Virus record (IMG/VR): IMGVR_UViG_2885994973_000001
Coordinates: 1 to 13,406 of that record
DNA from: a virus
DNA: 13,406 bases
Strand: one strand, 5' to 3'
Shown here: piece after piece, positions 13,396 to 13,406 of the stretch
Layout of the letters: each line of letters opens with the position of its first letter
Numbering within the stretch: the first letter of the stretch is position 1
Translations under genes and position numbers: made by a program
Notes under the pieces: model-generated
What the model was told of the DNA's origin: nothing
Seen by the model: the letters and a program-made list of their open reading frames with translations, nothing else
Database searches by the model: none

Positions 13396-13406
13396 ATGCC
13401 ATGGCG
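13259..13406. repeat. Terminal direct repeat, copy B (identical to 1-148)
   Basis: This is the same 148 nt as the window start. It contains the operator region and the first codons of the xis-like gene (ATG at 13396). Confidence 0.95.

Overview
The window is one complete 13,258-bp unit of a Pf-like filamentous phage (inovirus). It is written in circularly permuted, excised-form order: bases 1-148 are repeated exactly at 13259-13406. The high-GC backbone (about 55-65% G+C in the lines I counted) carries an Ff-like plus-strand module. In order it encodes an excisionase-like HTH protein, six small early proteins, a putative ssDNA-binding protein and two tiny hydrophobic proteins missing from the ORF track. 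These are followed by the major coat protein, a g3p-like adsorption protein, a g6p-like protein, a Zot/g1p ATPase, a phage-encoded secretin, a rolling-circle Rep and a tyrosine integrase. Downstream of int lie a small minus-strand ORF, a strong bidirectional terminator, a 23-nt copy of a tRNA-like 3' end (probable attP core, possibly ssrA/tmRNA or tRNA-Ala) and direct repeats that could be arm sites. The minus-strand lysogeny arm holds a small repressor divergent from xis across a repeat-rich operator, then a 180-aa membrane-anchored protein. The most interesting part is a sharply low-GC (about 30-40%) two-gene cargo at 9933-12300. It encodes an NdpA/YejK-type (NA37) nucleoid-associated protein overlapping a roughly 410-aa protein with a large soluble domain and three C-terminal transmembrane helices. 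I cannot place this pair in any described defence system, and I propose it as a candidate prophage-borne defence or superinfection-exclusion module. All family calls come from motifs read by eye; no database search was possible.
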